A stretch of DNA of 64,000 nucleotides from Nitrosopumilus sp. (GTDB lineage: Archaea; Thermoproteota; Nitrososphaeria; Nitrososphaerales; Nitrosopumilaceae). Below, one piece after another: positions 27,249 through 37,198 of this stretch. Where the stretch lies: the NCBI GenBank assembly GCA_965238275.1, contig OZ250186.1, forward strand, positions 832,001 to 896,000, written 5' to 3'. A program made the translations under genes and the position numbers. The notes beneath the pieces were generated by a model, which was not told where the DNA came from, did no database searches, and was given only the letters and a program-made list of their open reading frames with translations. Position 1 is the stretch's first letter. Each line of letters starts with the position of its first letter.

Positions 27249-27325
27249 ATTTGAACTACTGATTTGCGGGTTATGAGCCCGCCGGGATGACTTAGCCCTG
27301 ATGAGTCTGACTTCCCCACCCCGCT
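27236..27325 (-). tRNA. tRNA-iMet(CAT) with a 15-nt non-canonical D-loop intron (27292-27306)
   Basis: AGCGGGG acceptor with A1-U72; GCGGG-CTCATAA-CCCGC anticodon arm; 90 nt minus 15-nt intron gives 75 nt; BHB motif present. Confidence 0.9.
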
Positions 27326-27571
27326 GAAGATAAGTGAAGATCAGCGGTATATACGCTTTATCAAGTAACATTCTCGCCAGACCGTTTCCCAAAATAGCTG
27401 CCACACCACATTCCCTGACATGTCGGATTCACTGGTGTTTCATTTACCTGTAATGTTCCAGTTGCAGGCTGTGCGCTGTTGCGGGAATGATTTAATGTTT
27501 GCAACACATAGTTTCATATCCTGTAAGTTACAGGATAATGATAAATACGGGTAGCTAAAACATATTATAAA

Positions 27572-28924
27572 ATGAAGCAGTATCTCTTCCTTCTAGGAGT
27601 ATTATCCATTATCACACTAGTGTCGGCGTTGCCTGCGTATGCCTTGTCAGATGCCATGGAGGACGTCCAGTATCCGTCCCCATTGGAGCAGTATAATGCC
27701 GGGGTTGCGTTGCACGAGATACAGTGCAATGAGCCAAGAGATCTATACGTAACTGGTTCTGACACGCCTGTCTGCCTGTACTCAGACACGTACGAAATGT
27801 TGCTGGATCGCGGCGTAAGCCTTTCCCTGCCGCCCACGTTAGAGTCTGTAGTCAGGGGAGTGGTGGATGACACGATCGCCATGTACAACTCAGATCCGGA
27901 TGGCGCGTTTGCAACCATCAGCGCGATGATGTCATCTGACACGTCGTATCCGTTTGTAATAGACTCTGATGGCATCGTTGTGGCACACGGAGCAAATCCT
28001 GACCATGTAGGTGCCGACAGCGCATTGATTGCATCCACCGACAAACCAGTTGACGTGATTATATCAGAACTTCAGGAGGGCGAGGTGTGGGTAGAGTATG
28101 TATTCAACAATCCCGCGACCGGAACAGACCAGAACAAGCGCTCCCTGATTATGCTGCATGACGGGTACATCTTTGGCTCCGGATACTATGTTGCATCTGA
28201 CGACGCGATGACTGATGCAATGTCTTCACTGGAACTGACTGCAGAAGAGACTGCATGGCTGGAAGAAAATGACACCATACGCGTAGCCTTTGATCCTGAC
28301 TGGTTCCCGATAGAGTATGCTGACGAAGAAGGAAATCTTGCAGGAGTCACGCTCCAGTATACAGCAGAGTTTTCCAAACTGACCGGGGCTGACTTTGCAG
28401 GAGTTCCTGCAGCAGCCAGTTGGAGTGATGCCCTTGCGATGATGCAGGATGGCAGTGCCGATGTCATGTACATGGTAGTCAACACTCCTGACAGGCTCGA
28501 ATACATGGGCTTTACAACCCCACACTACACCGTGGAGACAAGAATAGCCTCATCTGAGGACAGGCAGTTCACCATGGAGGATGAGGATCTAAAACTGATC
28601 ACCATAACCGGCTATGCTACAGAATCATGGCTTGATGAGAATCATCCTGACGTGGAATACATCTCCGTAAGCGGCTTTACCGAGGGCATTGAACTGATGA
28701 AGACAGGAGAGGCAAACGCGTTTGCAGCCACGTGGCAAGTCATAGTAGATCATGCAGAGACTGCAGGAATCGATGTGTACGATGCCGGCCCAACCGGATA
28801 CTCGTATGACCTGCATGTCGGATACAGTAACCAGAACCCGACACTCGGCTCCATACTGCAAAAGGTAGTCGATGCCATACCTGCATCCCAGATAGAGCAG
28901 TGGTGGAGTGATACTGTACAATAA
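27572..28924 (+). CDS. secreted protein: Cache-type sensor domain fused to an amino-acid-type solute-binding domain
   Basis: Signal peptide; YPFVID..G.VVAHG, WVEYVF.NP.TG..Q.K.S...HDGYIFGSGYY (sCache); LTAEE.AWL...IRVAFDPDWFPIEY (SBP_bac_3-like). Confidence 0.8.
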   Translation: MKQYLFLLGVLSIITLVSALPAYALSDAMEDVQYPSPLEQYNAGVALHEIQCNEPRDLYVTGSDTPVCLYSDTYEMLLDRGVSLSLPPTLESVVRGVVDDTIAMYNSDPDGAFATISAMMSSDTSYPFVIDSDGIVVAHGANPDHVGADSALIASTDKPVDVIISELQEGEVWVEYVFNNPATGTDQNKRSLIMLHDGYIFGSGYYVASDDAMTDAMSSLELTAEETAWLEENDTIRVAFDPDWFPIEYADEEGNLAGVTLQYTAEFSKLTGADFAGVPAAASWSDALAMMQDGSADVMYMVVNTPDRLEYMGFTTPHYTVETRIASSEDRQFTMEDEDLKLITITGYATESWLDENHPDVEYISVSGFTEGIELMKTGEANAFAATWQVIVDHAETAGIDVYDAGPTGYSYDLHVGYSNQNPTLGSILQKVVDAIPASQIEQWWSDTVQ

Positions 28925-29085
28925 TCCGTAGAATTACAACGATTCAAGAATGCAAATTCCGATCTGAATGACCAACCGTAATGACTCTGTGCATGCAGGA
29001 GCAGAGTACCGTATGTCAAAAAACCACTAACCGGTCCGCCTCATTTCTGCAAACAATTAATATTATTTCAGGCTCCTGACAGCGT

Positions 29086-30177
29086 GTGGACAAGAGGATT
29101 CAGATTGCAGCAGTAGCAGGCGCAGTCATGTTCTCCGTACTGGTACTCACATCCCCGTCTGATCCCATTCCAATACCTGCCCCAAGCTCGGGTCCTGAAT
29201 CCGATTCAGTCTCCATTATTGCCCAAAACCTTGACCAGCCGCGCGCAATGGCAGTCCACGACGACAGGGTCTTTGTGACCGAGAAGGAGGGCCGCATCAG
29301 GGTGGTACAGAACGGCACGCTCCTGGATGCCCCGTTGGCAGTACTGCGTCCGGCGGAGGCCTTTGATGCCGGGCTGCTTGGCATTGCACTGCATCCGAAC
29401 TTTGCCGAGAACCATTTCATTTATGTATTTTTGACGTATGCAGAGGACGGGGAGCTCCGGAACAGAATCATGAGGATAACAGAGTCACAAAACAGGCTGC
29501 AGAATGCAACGATCATCCTTGAGGAAATTCCCGGCTCGCCTTTTACCAACGGCGGCTTTTTAAAATTTGGACCAGACGGCAAGCTGTATGTGGGAACCGG
29601 AACCCCGTTTGATGCATCCCACCTTCCGCAGGATCCCGACTCCCTGGCAGGAAAGATCCTCCGAATTAATGATGACGGCAGCATTCCTGAGGACAACCCG
29701 TTTGCGGATTCTCCGGTGTACTCGCTTGGCCACAGAAACCCCCAGGGGATGGCATGGGATGACGAGGGCAGGATGTTTGCAGCAGAGTTGGGGCCGGAAA
29801 AAAACGACGAGATAAACCTGATACTGGCAGGTGCCAACTACGGGTGGCCCGAGCACGAGTGCGCAGGGGATTCGCAGTTCCGGGGCGCCGCCCTCTGCTA
29901 TGATCCCAGCATAGAGCCGGGGGGAATCATGTTTTATTCGGGCAGCCTGATTGATTTGGAGCACCAATTTGTAATGGCCTCGCTGCGGGCCTCCAACCTG
30001 TACCAGCTGGATCTGGACGAGGGTCTGAGCTCGCAAAAGTCGATTCTCAGCGGGATTGGGCGTGTCCGTGATGTCGTCCAGGGAGATGATGGCAGTATCT
30101 ACGTAATTACATCCAACACGGACGGAAAGGGCTTTGCAGACGGCACCGATGACAAGCTGCTCAGGGTGGTACGGTAG
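29086..30177 (+). CDS. PQQ-dependent glucose/sorbosone dehydrogenase family protein
   Basis: GLLGIALHPNF, FGPDGKLYVGTG, GKILRIN.DG, LGHRNPQG, NYGWP, GRVRDV. Confidence 0.92.
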   Translation: MDKRIQIAAVAGAVMFSVLVLTSPSDPIPIPAPSSGPESDSVSIIAQNLDQPRAMAVHDDRVFVTEKEGRIRVVQNGTLLDAPLAVLRPAEAFDAGLLGIALHPNFAENHFIYVFLTYAEDGELRNRIMRITESQNRLQNATIILEEIPGSPFTNGGFLKFGPDGKLYVGTGTPFDASHLPQDPDSLAGKILRINDDGSIPEDNPFADSPVYSLGHRNPQGMAWDDEGRMFAAELGPEKNDEINLILAGANYGWPEHECAGDSQFRGAALCYDPSIEPGGIMFYSGSLIDLEHQFVMASLRASNLYQLDLDEGLSSQKSILSGIGRVRDVVQGDDGSIYVITSNTDGKGFADGTDDKLLRVVR

Positions 30178-30180
30178 GAG

Positions 30181-31443
30181 ATGGCAGACTCGTCCATACC
30201 GGGATTCTTTAAAAAGTCGCGCCAGGAGAGGCTGGCAGCGGTTGCAGACTTTGCAGGCCTGTCCAGGGATGAACTGGACATACTGTGGAGTGGTGACGGC
30301 GGCGTGCCCTTTGAGAGGGCCGAGACGATGGTGGAAAATGCAATCGGAACGTTCGGTCTGCCGCTGGGGGTTGCGACAAACTTTTGTATCAACTCCCGGG
30401 ATTATCTGGTTCCGATGGCAATAGAGGAGCCCTCGGTAATTGCTGCTGCATCCAAGGGTGCCAAGACTGCAAGGGTGATGGGGGGCTTTGAGGCATCGGC
30501 TGACCCGTCCTACAGTATAGGCCAGATACAGGTGCTGGACTGCGACATGCCCCGGGCGGTTCAGGCGATACAGGATTCTGCAGATAGGATAATATCCATT
30601 GCAAACTCGCAGAGCAGGACGCTTTCTGGCATGGGCAGGGGTGCCCGGGATGTTGACTGCCGCATTGTTGATGCCCCCTCGGGACGGATGCTCATAGTGG
30701 AGATTGGAATAGACGCAGGCGATGCGATGGGGGCCAACATTACAAATACGATGTGCGAGGCAGTCTCCCCACTGATAGAGGAGGTTACAGGCGGCCGCGC
30801 ACTCCTCCGGATACTCTCTAACTACTCCACCAGGAGGCTGGCACGGGCAAGGGCAGTCTTTGCCAGGGATGCAGTGGGCGGGGAAAGAACAGTCGATGAC
30901 ATGGTGCTGGCATTTGAGTTTGCCGACTGCGACGTGTACAGGGCCGTGACGCACAACAAGGGCGTGATGAACGGCATCATATCGGTTGCAAACGCGGTGG
31001 GGCAGGACTCCAGGGCAATAGAGGCAGCAGCTCATGCGTATGCGGCCAGGTCAGGCAGGTACCGCTCCCTTACAAGGTGGGCCAAGGACGGCGAGGGCAA
31101 CCTGGTAGGAGAGATAGAGATTCCGCTTCCGGTGGGGATAATCGGCGGCGTTGTCAAGGTCCATCCCGTGGCACGTGTCTGCTCCAAGATCCTTGGCGTC
31201 TCGTCTGCGCAGGATCTTGTATGCGTCATGGTCTCTGCCGGCCTTGCGCAGAACTACAGTGCAATGCGGGCGCTTGCAACCGACGGAATCCAAAAGGGAC
31301 ACATGGGACTGCATGCAAGAAACGTAGCAGCCGCTGCCGGGGCGGCACCGGACCAGATAGAAAGGATTGCCAGAATGATGGCAGACGAGGGCAACATCAC
31401 AGTTGGCAGGGCAAAGGAACTGTTGAGCAGCCTGAAGAAATGA
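30181..31443 (+). CDS. hmgA: hydroxymethylglutaryl-CoA reductase (class II type)
   Basis: ENAIG, PMAIEEPSVIAA, DAMGAN, RAVTHNKG, GIQKGHM.LH. Confidence 0.95.
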   Translation: MADSSIPGFFKKSRQERLAAVADFAGLSRDELDILWSGDGGVPFERAETMVENAIGTFGLPLGVATNFCINSRDYLVPMAIEEPSVIAAASKGAKTARVMGGFEASADPSYSIGQIQVLDCDMPRAVQAIQDSADRIISIANSQSRTLSGMGRGARDVDCRIVDAPSGRMLIVEIGIDAGDAMGANITNTMCEAVSPLIEEVTGGRALLRILSNYSTRRLARARAVFARDAVGGERTVDDMVLAFEFADCDVYRAVTHNKGVMNGIISVANAVGQDSRAIEAAAHAYAARSGRYRSLTRWAKDGEGNLVGEIEIPLPVGIIGGVVKVHPVARVCSKILGVSSAQDLVCVMVSAGLAQNYSAMRALATDGIQKGHMGLHARNVAAAAGAAPDQIERIARMMADEGNITVGRAKELLSSLKK

Positions 31444-31511
31444 GCCCGTACGGCTAATGGCATATCAGAGACTTGGGTTAGTATTCGGTTCGTCCATCTC
31501 AAATCTGATTT

Positions 31512-31940
31512 TTAATTAGATTTCTGCATGGTGGTTTGCTTTTTTTCCAACTGTAGTGCATGAAATATTTCTTTGATTCTTGCCAGGCTTGCAGACTCGT
31601 AATCTGTCTGTTCATAACGCTGTATCTGTTGTTCATGCAATCCTGTTCTTGCTGCCAGATCCTTCTGTGTCAGGCCTAGCACAATTCTGCTTCTGATTAA
31701 AGTGTTGGAAAGATCCTCGATGCTTGCAAACTCCAATACCGGCGCTTTCCGAGATTTGAGTTCCTCGTATTCTCGTAGTTCCCGTTGCAAATCGGCCAGT
31801 TGCCCCTTTAATGCATCATGTTCAAGTTCCAGCAGTGGGTCGTATTTGTCGTCAATCCTGTTCCTCAAATGTGTCATGGACAGGAGGAATTCCCTTGCCT
31901 TTGATTTTGTTATTTTGTATTGCTTTTCATTCTTTATCAT
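31512..31940 (-). CDS. XRE-family HTH protein (antitoxin-like)
   Basis: MIKNEKQY N-terminus; LTQKDLAARTGLHEQQIQRYE HTH. Confidence 0.85.
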   Translation of the reverse strand: MIKNEKQYKITKSKAREFLLSMTHLRNRIDDKYDPLLELEHDALKGQLADLQRELREYEELKSRKAPVLEFASIEDLSNTLIRSRIVLGLTQKDLAARTGLHEQQIQRYEQTDYESASLARIKEIFHALQLEKKQTTMQKSN

Positions 31941-32364
31941 CTAAATCACCCAGATTAATCTGCACAGTTCCTTTTGGATTGTCATCCCTGTCGCTTTGGA
32001 AAAACTCCAGCATCGTCTGGTTCCCAGACATATCTGTCGGAAACAACTCTCCTGCAAATCTTATTTTTTGGACCGTCCGTCCTGGTCTGAAATCCTTTAA
32101 GGCAGGATCAAGCGAATCCATTTCAACGCCGGCAGTATCCCAGCATCCGTCATAGTCATTGGGCCTTTGTTTCCCTGTAACAAAACTTCCATCAGTGTAT
32201 GCCCGGGAACACCCCGTATGTCTGAGATTTTTTAACGCCTCACACATCCCACCCATCAGTCTTTTTCTGTGGCCGTTATAACCAAATTTTTCCTTGAATT
32301 CATTCCATGCTGCAGTATGAATTCCCGGTGGTAGGTTTCCTCTGCTGTCAAATTCAGGTATCAT
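31927..32364 (-). CDS. DUF6932-like minimal nucleotidyltransferase-fold protein
   Basis: GNLPPGIH, DGSFVT.K..PNDYD motif; overlaps the XRE gene. Confidence 0.75.
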   Translation of the reverse strand: MIPEFDSRGNLPPGIHTAAWNEFKEKFGYNGHRKRLMGGMCEALKNLRHTGCSRAYTDGSFVTGKQRPNDYDGCWDTAGVEMDSLDPALKDFRPGRTVQKIRFAGELFPTDMSGNQTMLEFFQSDRDDNPKGTVQINLGDLDDKE

Positions 32365-32796
32365 GACTAACACAACATTATCATAGTGTTATCATTTATT
32401 TAAACCACCTGCTGCGGTCGGCTGGTTGCGGCATGCGGCATACATGTCTCCCACCAGGATCCCCGTTCTGTTCTGCTCTCAGGTATGAATTCGTATTCTG
32501 GATATGTCCTACGTGCTTGCGGTAGGCTGGTGCCTGCACATTCTTCGGTTTTATGGCATGTGTGGTCTAACGGTTGCACCATTCCATAAACCGCATCCTG
32601 CGTGGGGGTCGTACCAAATGACTCCGTGTTCCATGTTGTCGAATCAGCGACTCTGATATTCTTGTTCACAGACGTATTCCCACATACAGTCCATGGCTTG
32701 TCTTTCCTGCATGAATCCCGTGTGCCGTTTTTTGTACGCAACTCCAACTGGTTCTCCTGCTTAACCCTCATATACCCAGACCACAACATGATGTAT

Positions 32797-33774
32797 GTGT
32801 CCAAGGTAAGACTTGCAATCCCCAAGGGAAGCTTGGAGGCTGCCACCTTTAAGCTGCTTGAGCGGTCGTGGACGCGTGTTGACAGAAAGAGCCGCACGTA
32901 CCGTGTCTATCTTGATGATCCTGAGATTGTAGTCAAGATGCTCAGGCCGCAGGAGATTCCGACACTGGTGGCAGAAGGACTCTATGATGTGGGAATTACC
33001 GGCAAAGACTGGGTCGGGGAGACCAACTCTGACGTGGATCCGCTGCTGGATCTGGAATACGGCACAATCCGGCTTGTCGTTGCATTTCCGGACAGCCACC
33101 GGTACCGCAGCCTTGATGCCATGATTGCAGACTATGCCAGAAGAAACAGGACCCTTAGAATATCCTCCGAATATCTGACCACTGCTGCAAGGTATGTCAT
33201 GCAGCTAAAGTCATACAAAAAGTACCACGGCGCCCAGGATCCGATGATCGTCACCCCGTGGATTCGTCAGGGCCAGAACAAAAAAGTACAGATTCATCTC
33301 TCATTTGGGGCCACCGAGGCCAAGCCGCCAGAGGACGTGGATGCCATTATTGATGTGACAGAGACCGGCACCACCCTGAGGCAGAACAAGCTGAGGATTG
33401 CAGACGAGATCCTCACATCCAGTGCGCACCTTATTGCAAACCGGGACTCCCTAAAGGATGCTGGCAAACGCGAAAAGATATTTGACATTGTAACCCTGCT
33501 GAGGGGGGCCGTACACGGCAAAAAGTACCTCCACATCTACCTGAATGTCAAGGAGAAGAACCTTGAGAGGCTTTTGCGACAGATGCCGTCACTCAAAAGA
33601 CCCACAGTGTCCCCGCTTGCCGAATCCGGATGGTTTGGCGTCAATACCGTAATCAGAAAGGACGAATTCCACAAACTAATCCCACATTTAAGGAAAATTG
33701 CCCAGGGCCTCGTGGTCCACGAGCCAAGGCAGATACTGGAGCTCGAGGAGATCAAACGCGACGAGGAAAACTGA
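32797..33774 (+). CDS. hisG: ATP phosphoribosyltransferase (long form)
   Basis: LAIPKGSL, DVGITGKDW, GATE, DVTETGTTL..N.L, PTVSPL; start reassigned to GTG 32797. Confidence 0.95.
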   Translation: MSKVRLAIPKGSLEAATFKLLERSWTRVDRKSRTYRVYLDDPEIVVKMLRPQEIPTLVAEGLYDVGITGKDWVGETNSDVDPLLDLEYGTIRLVVAFPDSHRYRSLDAMIADYARRNRTLRISSEYLTTAARYVMQLKSYKKYHGAQDPMIVTPWIRQGQNKKVQIHLSFGATEAKPPEDVDAIIDVTETGTTLRQNKLRIADEILTSSAHLIANRDSLKDAGKREKIFDIVTLLRGAVHGKKYLHIYLNVKEKNLERLLRQMPSLKRPTVSPLAESGWFGVNTVIRKDEFHKLIPHLRKIAQGLVVHEPRQILELEEIKRDEEN

Positions 33775-35042
33775 TGGAAAAAGTCAAAGTAACAAACACT
33801 AAAAAATTCCTGGCAACATTCCTCTCAGAATCGACACCTGCACCCATCGAACTCGTCAAGTCCATTATAGCTGCGGTTCGGGAGAAAGGCGATCCTGCAG
33901 TAATCCAATACGAGAACACGTTTGGCAACCAAAAGATCTCCTCACTACGGTTATCCAAAAGAGAGATTAAGAGTGCATACAAAAAGATATCCCCGGACCA
34001 GCTTGATGCAATACGTCTGGCAAAGGAGAGGCTTGAGAAGACAGAAAGGACAGTCATGTCCCTTTTGAAGGACAAGACCATCAGGGACGATGGCATCACA
34101 ATACGCAAAAGATTCGTTCCGATTCGGAGCGTCGGATGCTATGTCCCTGGTGGCAGGGCAAGATACCCAAGTTCTGCTGTAATGTCGATCACTCCGGCAA
34201 AGATGGTAGGCGTCAAGAGAATCGTGGTGGTATCCCCGCCTGATGCCAGTGGTAATCCGGATCCGATGACGATAGTGGCAGCCGATGTCTGCGGTGCCTC
34301 TGAGATCTACAGAACCGGCGGGGTACAGGCGATTGCGGCATTGGGGTATGGCACAAAATCCATTCCAAAAGTAGACAAGATAGTGGGACCCGGCGGTGCG
34401 TTTGTAACTGAGGCAAAGGCGCAGATCTCCATGGAAATTGGCATAGACATGCTTGCAGGGCCTACCGAGCTTGGCATAATTGCAGATGAGACAGCCGACC
34501 CCAAAACGGTAGCCCTAGACCTGATATCACAGGCCGAGCACGGTCCTGACATATCATGTTATCTGATAACAACTTCCAACGGCCTGGCGGATGCTGTCAA
34601 CAATGTGATCTCCGGACTTCTTCCGGGACTGGCCAGGATGGATCATGTGGATGCCAGCCTGTCGCACGGATTCATCGCAGTCTGCAAGACAGAGAAAATG
34701 ATGATAGAGATTGCCAACGAACTTGCCCCAGAACACCTCCAGATAATGACTGCAGACCCGGAATCCATCGCATCTGAGATTACCACCCCCGGTTTGATAC
34801 TGCTGGGGCATGACACCCCGTCTGCTGCAAGCGACTACCTGCTTGGCTCCAACCACATACTTCCCACCGACGGGAAAGGCAAGACCCGCGGCTCGCTGTC
34901 CGTGCTGGACTTTGTAAAACTGACCACGCATGTGTCTGCATCAAAAAAATCACTATCCAAGATATCAAGGCACCTTGAGGCACTGACCAGTGCAGAGGGC
35001 CTGCCAAACCACTACGAGGCAGTAAGGGGCAGGCTGTCATGA
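33774..35042 (+). CDS. hisD: histidinol dehydrogenase
   Basis: GCYVPGG.A.YPSS, KIVGPG, IDMLAGPTE, SQAEH, APEHL, NHILPT. Confidence 0.95.
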   Translation: MEKVKVTNTKKFLATFLSESTPAPIELVKSIIAAVREKGDPAVIQYENTFGNQKISSLRLSKREIKSAYKKISPDQLDAIRLAKERLEKTERTVMSLLKDKTIRDDGITIRKRFVPIRSVGCYVPGGRARYPSSAVMSITPAKMVGVKRIVVVSPPDASGNPDPMTIVAADVCGASEIYRTGGVQAIAALGYGTKSIPKVDKIVGPGGAFVTEAKAQISMEIGIDMLAGPTELGIIADETADPKTVALDLISQAEHGPDISCYLITTSNGLADAVNNVISGLLPGLARMDHVDASLSHGFIAVCKTEKMMIEIANELAPEHLQIMTADPESIASEITTPGLILLGHDTPSAASDYLLGSNHILPTDGKGKTRGSLSVLDFVKLTTHVSASKKSLSKISRHLEALTSAEGLPNHYEAVRGRLS

Positions 35043-36106
35043 AGGGGTGGTTTGAGGAGAGAATGGAGACACTCTCTGGAATCCAGGGGTACAAGAAACC
35101 GGACCTGCTTTCGGGCAGCGTCAAGCTTGATTCCAACGAGAACTATTCCATTCCAAAGCAGTTCCAAAACGAGATCATCCAGTCGGCCCGAAAAAGTTCC
35201 GATGTAAGGGAGTATCCTCTGGGAGGAACAGAGCGCCTCATCAAGGCAATCTCCGGGTATGCAAGGGTTCCGCCCTCGATGATCGGCGTTGGAAACGGCT
35301 CTGATCAGATACTGGATATAATACTGTCCAACTTTGCATCCCCTGGCACTAGGGCGCTTGTCTCGAATCCCACATTCGAGTTCTTTGAGAGGAGGTGCAG
35401 GCTGTACTCTGTTCCGCTGGTTGAAGTGCCCTTCTCAGACGGGATGGTGCTTGATGCAAAGGTGTTTACCCGGAACTCCTCCGAGGCAGACATCCTGTAC
35501 CTTGACTCACCCAACAATCCCACAGGATTCCAGTTTCCCAAGGCCGAGCTGTACAGGCTGATCAAGTCCTTTGAGGGGCTTGTAATAATTGACGAGGCGT
35601 ACGGGGAGTTTGGAGACTATACCGTTGCCGGGCTGGTCAGGAGGCAGAAGAACCTGATAGTGACCCGGACGCTTTCAAAGTCATTCGGGCTTGCAGGGCT
35701 CAGACTGGGATACCTCATATCAAACAGGAACATTGTCAGCCTCTTTACTGATGTACTGCAGTATCCGTACCCGCTTGGCACCATAACCATCGAGGCCGGA
35801 ATCGAGGCCATGGCGCGGCTGGATGTTGTGAGGAGTGCCATAGAGAGGACAAAGACAGAGAGGGCCAGAATAATCCGCACCCTGAGGGGCCACGACTCCT
35901 TTGAGGTCTTTGATTCCAGCGCAAACTTTGTCCTGTTTGATGCAGGCGGGGCGTACAAGAGGATTCATTCCGCCCTTGCCGAACAGGGAATCTCAATCCG
36001 CAGGCTGGGCCGGATAGGACAGTACGAGGGGTGTCTCCGGGTAACTGTGGGCACAAAGGAGATGAACTCAAAGTTTCTGCTTGCCGTGCGTGATCTGTTG
36101 GGGTGA
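35039..36106 (+). CDS. hisC: histidinol-phosphate aminotransferase
   Basis: KLDSNEN, GNGSD, SPNNPTG, DEAY, RTLSKSFGLAGLRLG. Confidence 0.95.
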   Translation: MKGWFEERMETLSGIQGYKKPDLLSGSVKLDSNENYSIPKQFQNEIIQSARKSSDVREYPLGGTERLIKAISGYARVPPSMIGVGNGSDQILDIILSNFASPGTRALVSNPTFEFFERRCRLYSVPLVEVPFSDGMVLDAKVFTRNSSEADILYLDSPNNPTGFQFPKAELYRLIKSFEGLVIIDEAYGEFGDYTVAGLVRRQKNLIVTRTLSKSFGLAGLRLGYLISNRNIVSLFTDVLQYPYPLGTITIEAGIEAMARLDVVRSAIERTKTERARIIRTLRGHDSFEVFDSSANFVLFDAGGAYKRIHSALAEQGISIRRLGRIGQYEGCLRVTVGTKEMNSKFLLAVRDLLG

Positions 36107-36112
36107 CTGCCA

Positions 36113-37030
36113 GTGTCTGATGATACCTTGAAGGGAGTAATCCGGAATCTGGATGGCATCATATTTGACTGCGACGGCGTGCTGGTGGATGTCACAGAAT
36201 CGTACAGTGCTGCGATAATACGGACCGTGCGGTGCGTGTTGGATGGAATGGGGGTGTCTGGAAATATTGATCATGCCATGATTGGGGGGTTCAAGGATAC
36301 GGGCGGATTCAACGACGAGATTGATCTTGCGTATGCTGCAATCCTTGGTATCACTGCTGCCAGTACCTTGGGAAAAGAGCCTGGCGAGTATGTGTCCGAG
36401 GTGATACGCAATGCCGACTGCACCGGCATACGGTCAGTCGAGAAACAACTGGAAAAAGTCAACGGGATGCGTGATGTAATGGAGCGACTGGACTATCCGA
36501 AGGGACGCCTTGGGAGCGTCGTGTATCGCACGTTCAACGAGCTGTTCTACGGGCCTGTCCTGTACAAAAAGGCGTTCGGGGCAGAATCTGCACATTCTGA
36601 TCCGGGCCTGATTGACTCGGACCGGATAATTCCTGATGATTCCACCATGGATGTGCTGCATCAACGGTTTGGCTCCAAGATGGCGATGGTGACCGGAAGG
36701 GGGTACGAGCCTGCCCGGTATACCCTGGGGGACATGATGGAATACTTTGACGTGCCATGCTCGAAATTTCTTGAGGATCTGCCGCGCAAGTACGCAAAGC
36801 CAAACCCGTACTCCCTTGAGGAGGCCATCGGATGCATGGGATGCGGCATGGTGCTGTACGTGGGGGATTCTGCAGAAGACATGATGATGGCAGATGCCGT
36901 GGACTCTGCCGTATTCTGTGGGGTTGCAGGATCAGGTACACGCAGGCGTGATCTGTTTGAGAAGGGAGGAGCGGTCCTGATACTTGATTCCATACTGGAT
37001 CTTCCATGTGCATTGAATCTGTATCTCTGA
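36113..37030 (+). CDS. HAD-family hydrolase (probable histidinol-phosphate phosphatase)
   Basis: FDCDGVL, KPNP, YVGDS..D; located inside the his operon. Confidence 0.8.
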   Translation: MSDDTLKGVIRNLDGIIFDCDGVLVDVTESYSAAIIRTVRCVLDGMGVSGNIDHAMIGGFKDTGGFNDEIDLAYAAILGITAASTLGKEPGEYVSEVIRNADCTGIRSVEKQLEKVNGMRDVMERLDYPKGRLGSVVYRTFNELFYGPVLYKKAFGAESAHSDPGLIDSDRIIPDDSTMDVLHQRFGSKMAMVTGRGYEPARYTLGDMMEYFDVPCSKFLEDLPRKYAKPNPYSLEEAIGCMGCGMVLYVGDSAEDMMMADAVDSAVFCGVAGSGTRRRDLFEKGGAVLILDSILDLPCALNLYL

Positions 37031-37126
37031 TCGTCTCTGTTGGGACTTGTGACATCTGTTCGTTCCATTGTTTTTCGAATGCCTGTCTGTACCGATTCAA
37101 ACAATCATAAAATCTATGTTTGATCA

Positions 37127-37182
37127 TGAAAATATGACCACATCTGGTCTGAAATATCTGACCGAATACTTGAAATATGATT
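37127..37182 (+). promoter_or_regulatory. three TGAAA(A)TAT direct repeats upstream of an HTH gene, candidate operator
   Basis: Copies at 37127, 37150 and 37171. Confidence 0.35.
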
Positions 37183-37198
37183 GGCATGATAACACAAC

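Noticed and set aside
27236-27325. tRNA-Ile2(CAT) because it neighbours tiaS
   Set aside because: The A1-U72 pair and three consecutive G-C pairs in the anticodon stem mark it as initiator Met.
29560-31035. Long antisense ORFs (e.g. 491 aa here, 359 aa at 62465-63544, 385 aa at 59767-60924)
   Set aside because: Shadow frames of well-supported genes on the opposite strand, with no motifs.
32400-32790. ORFs in the spacer upstream of hisG, including the long N-terminal extension of hisG
   Set aside because: No recognisable motifs; HisG homology begins at about 32797.
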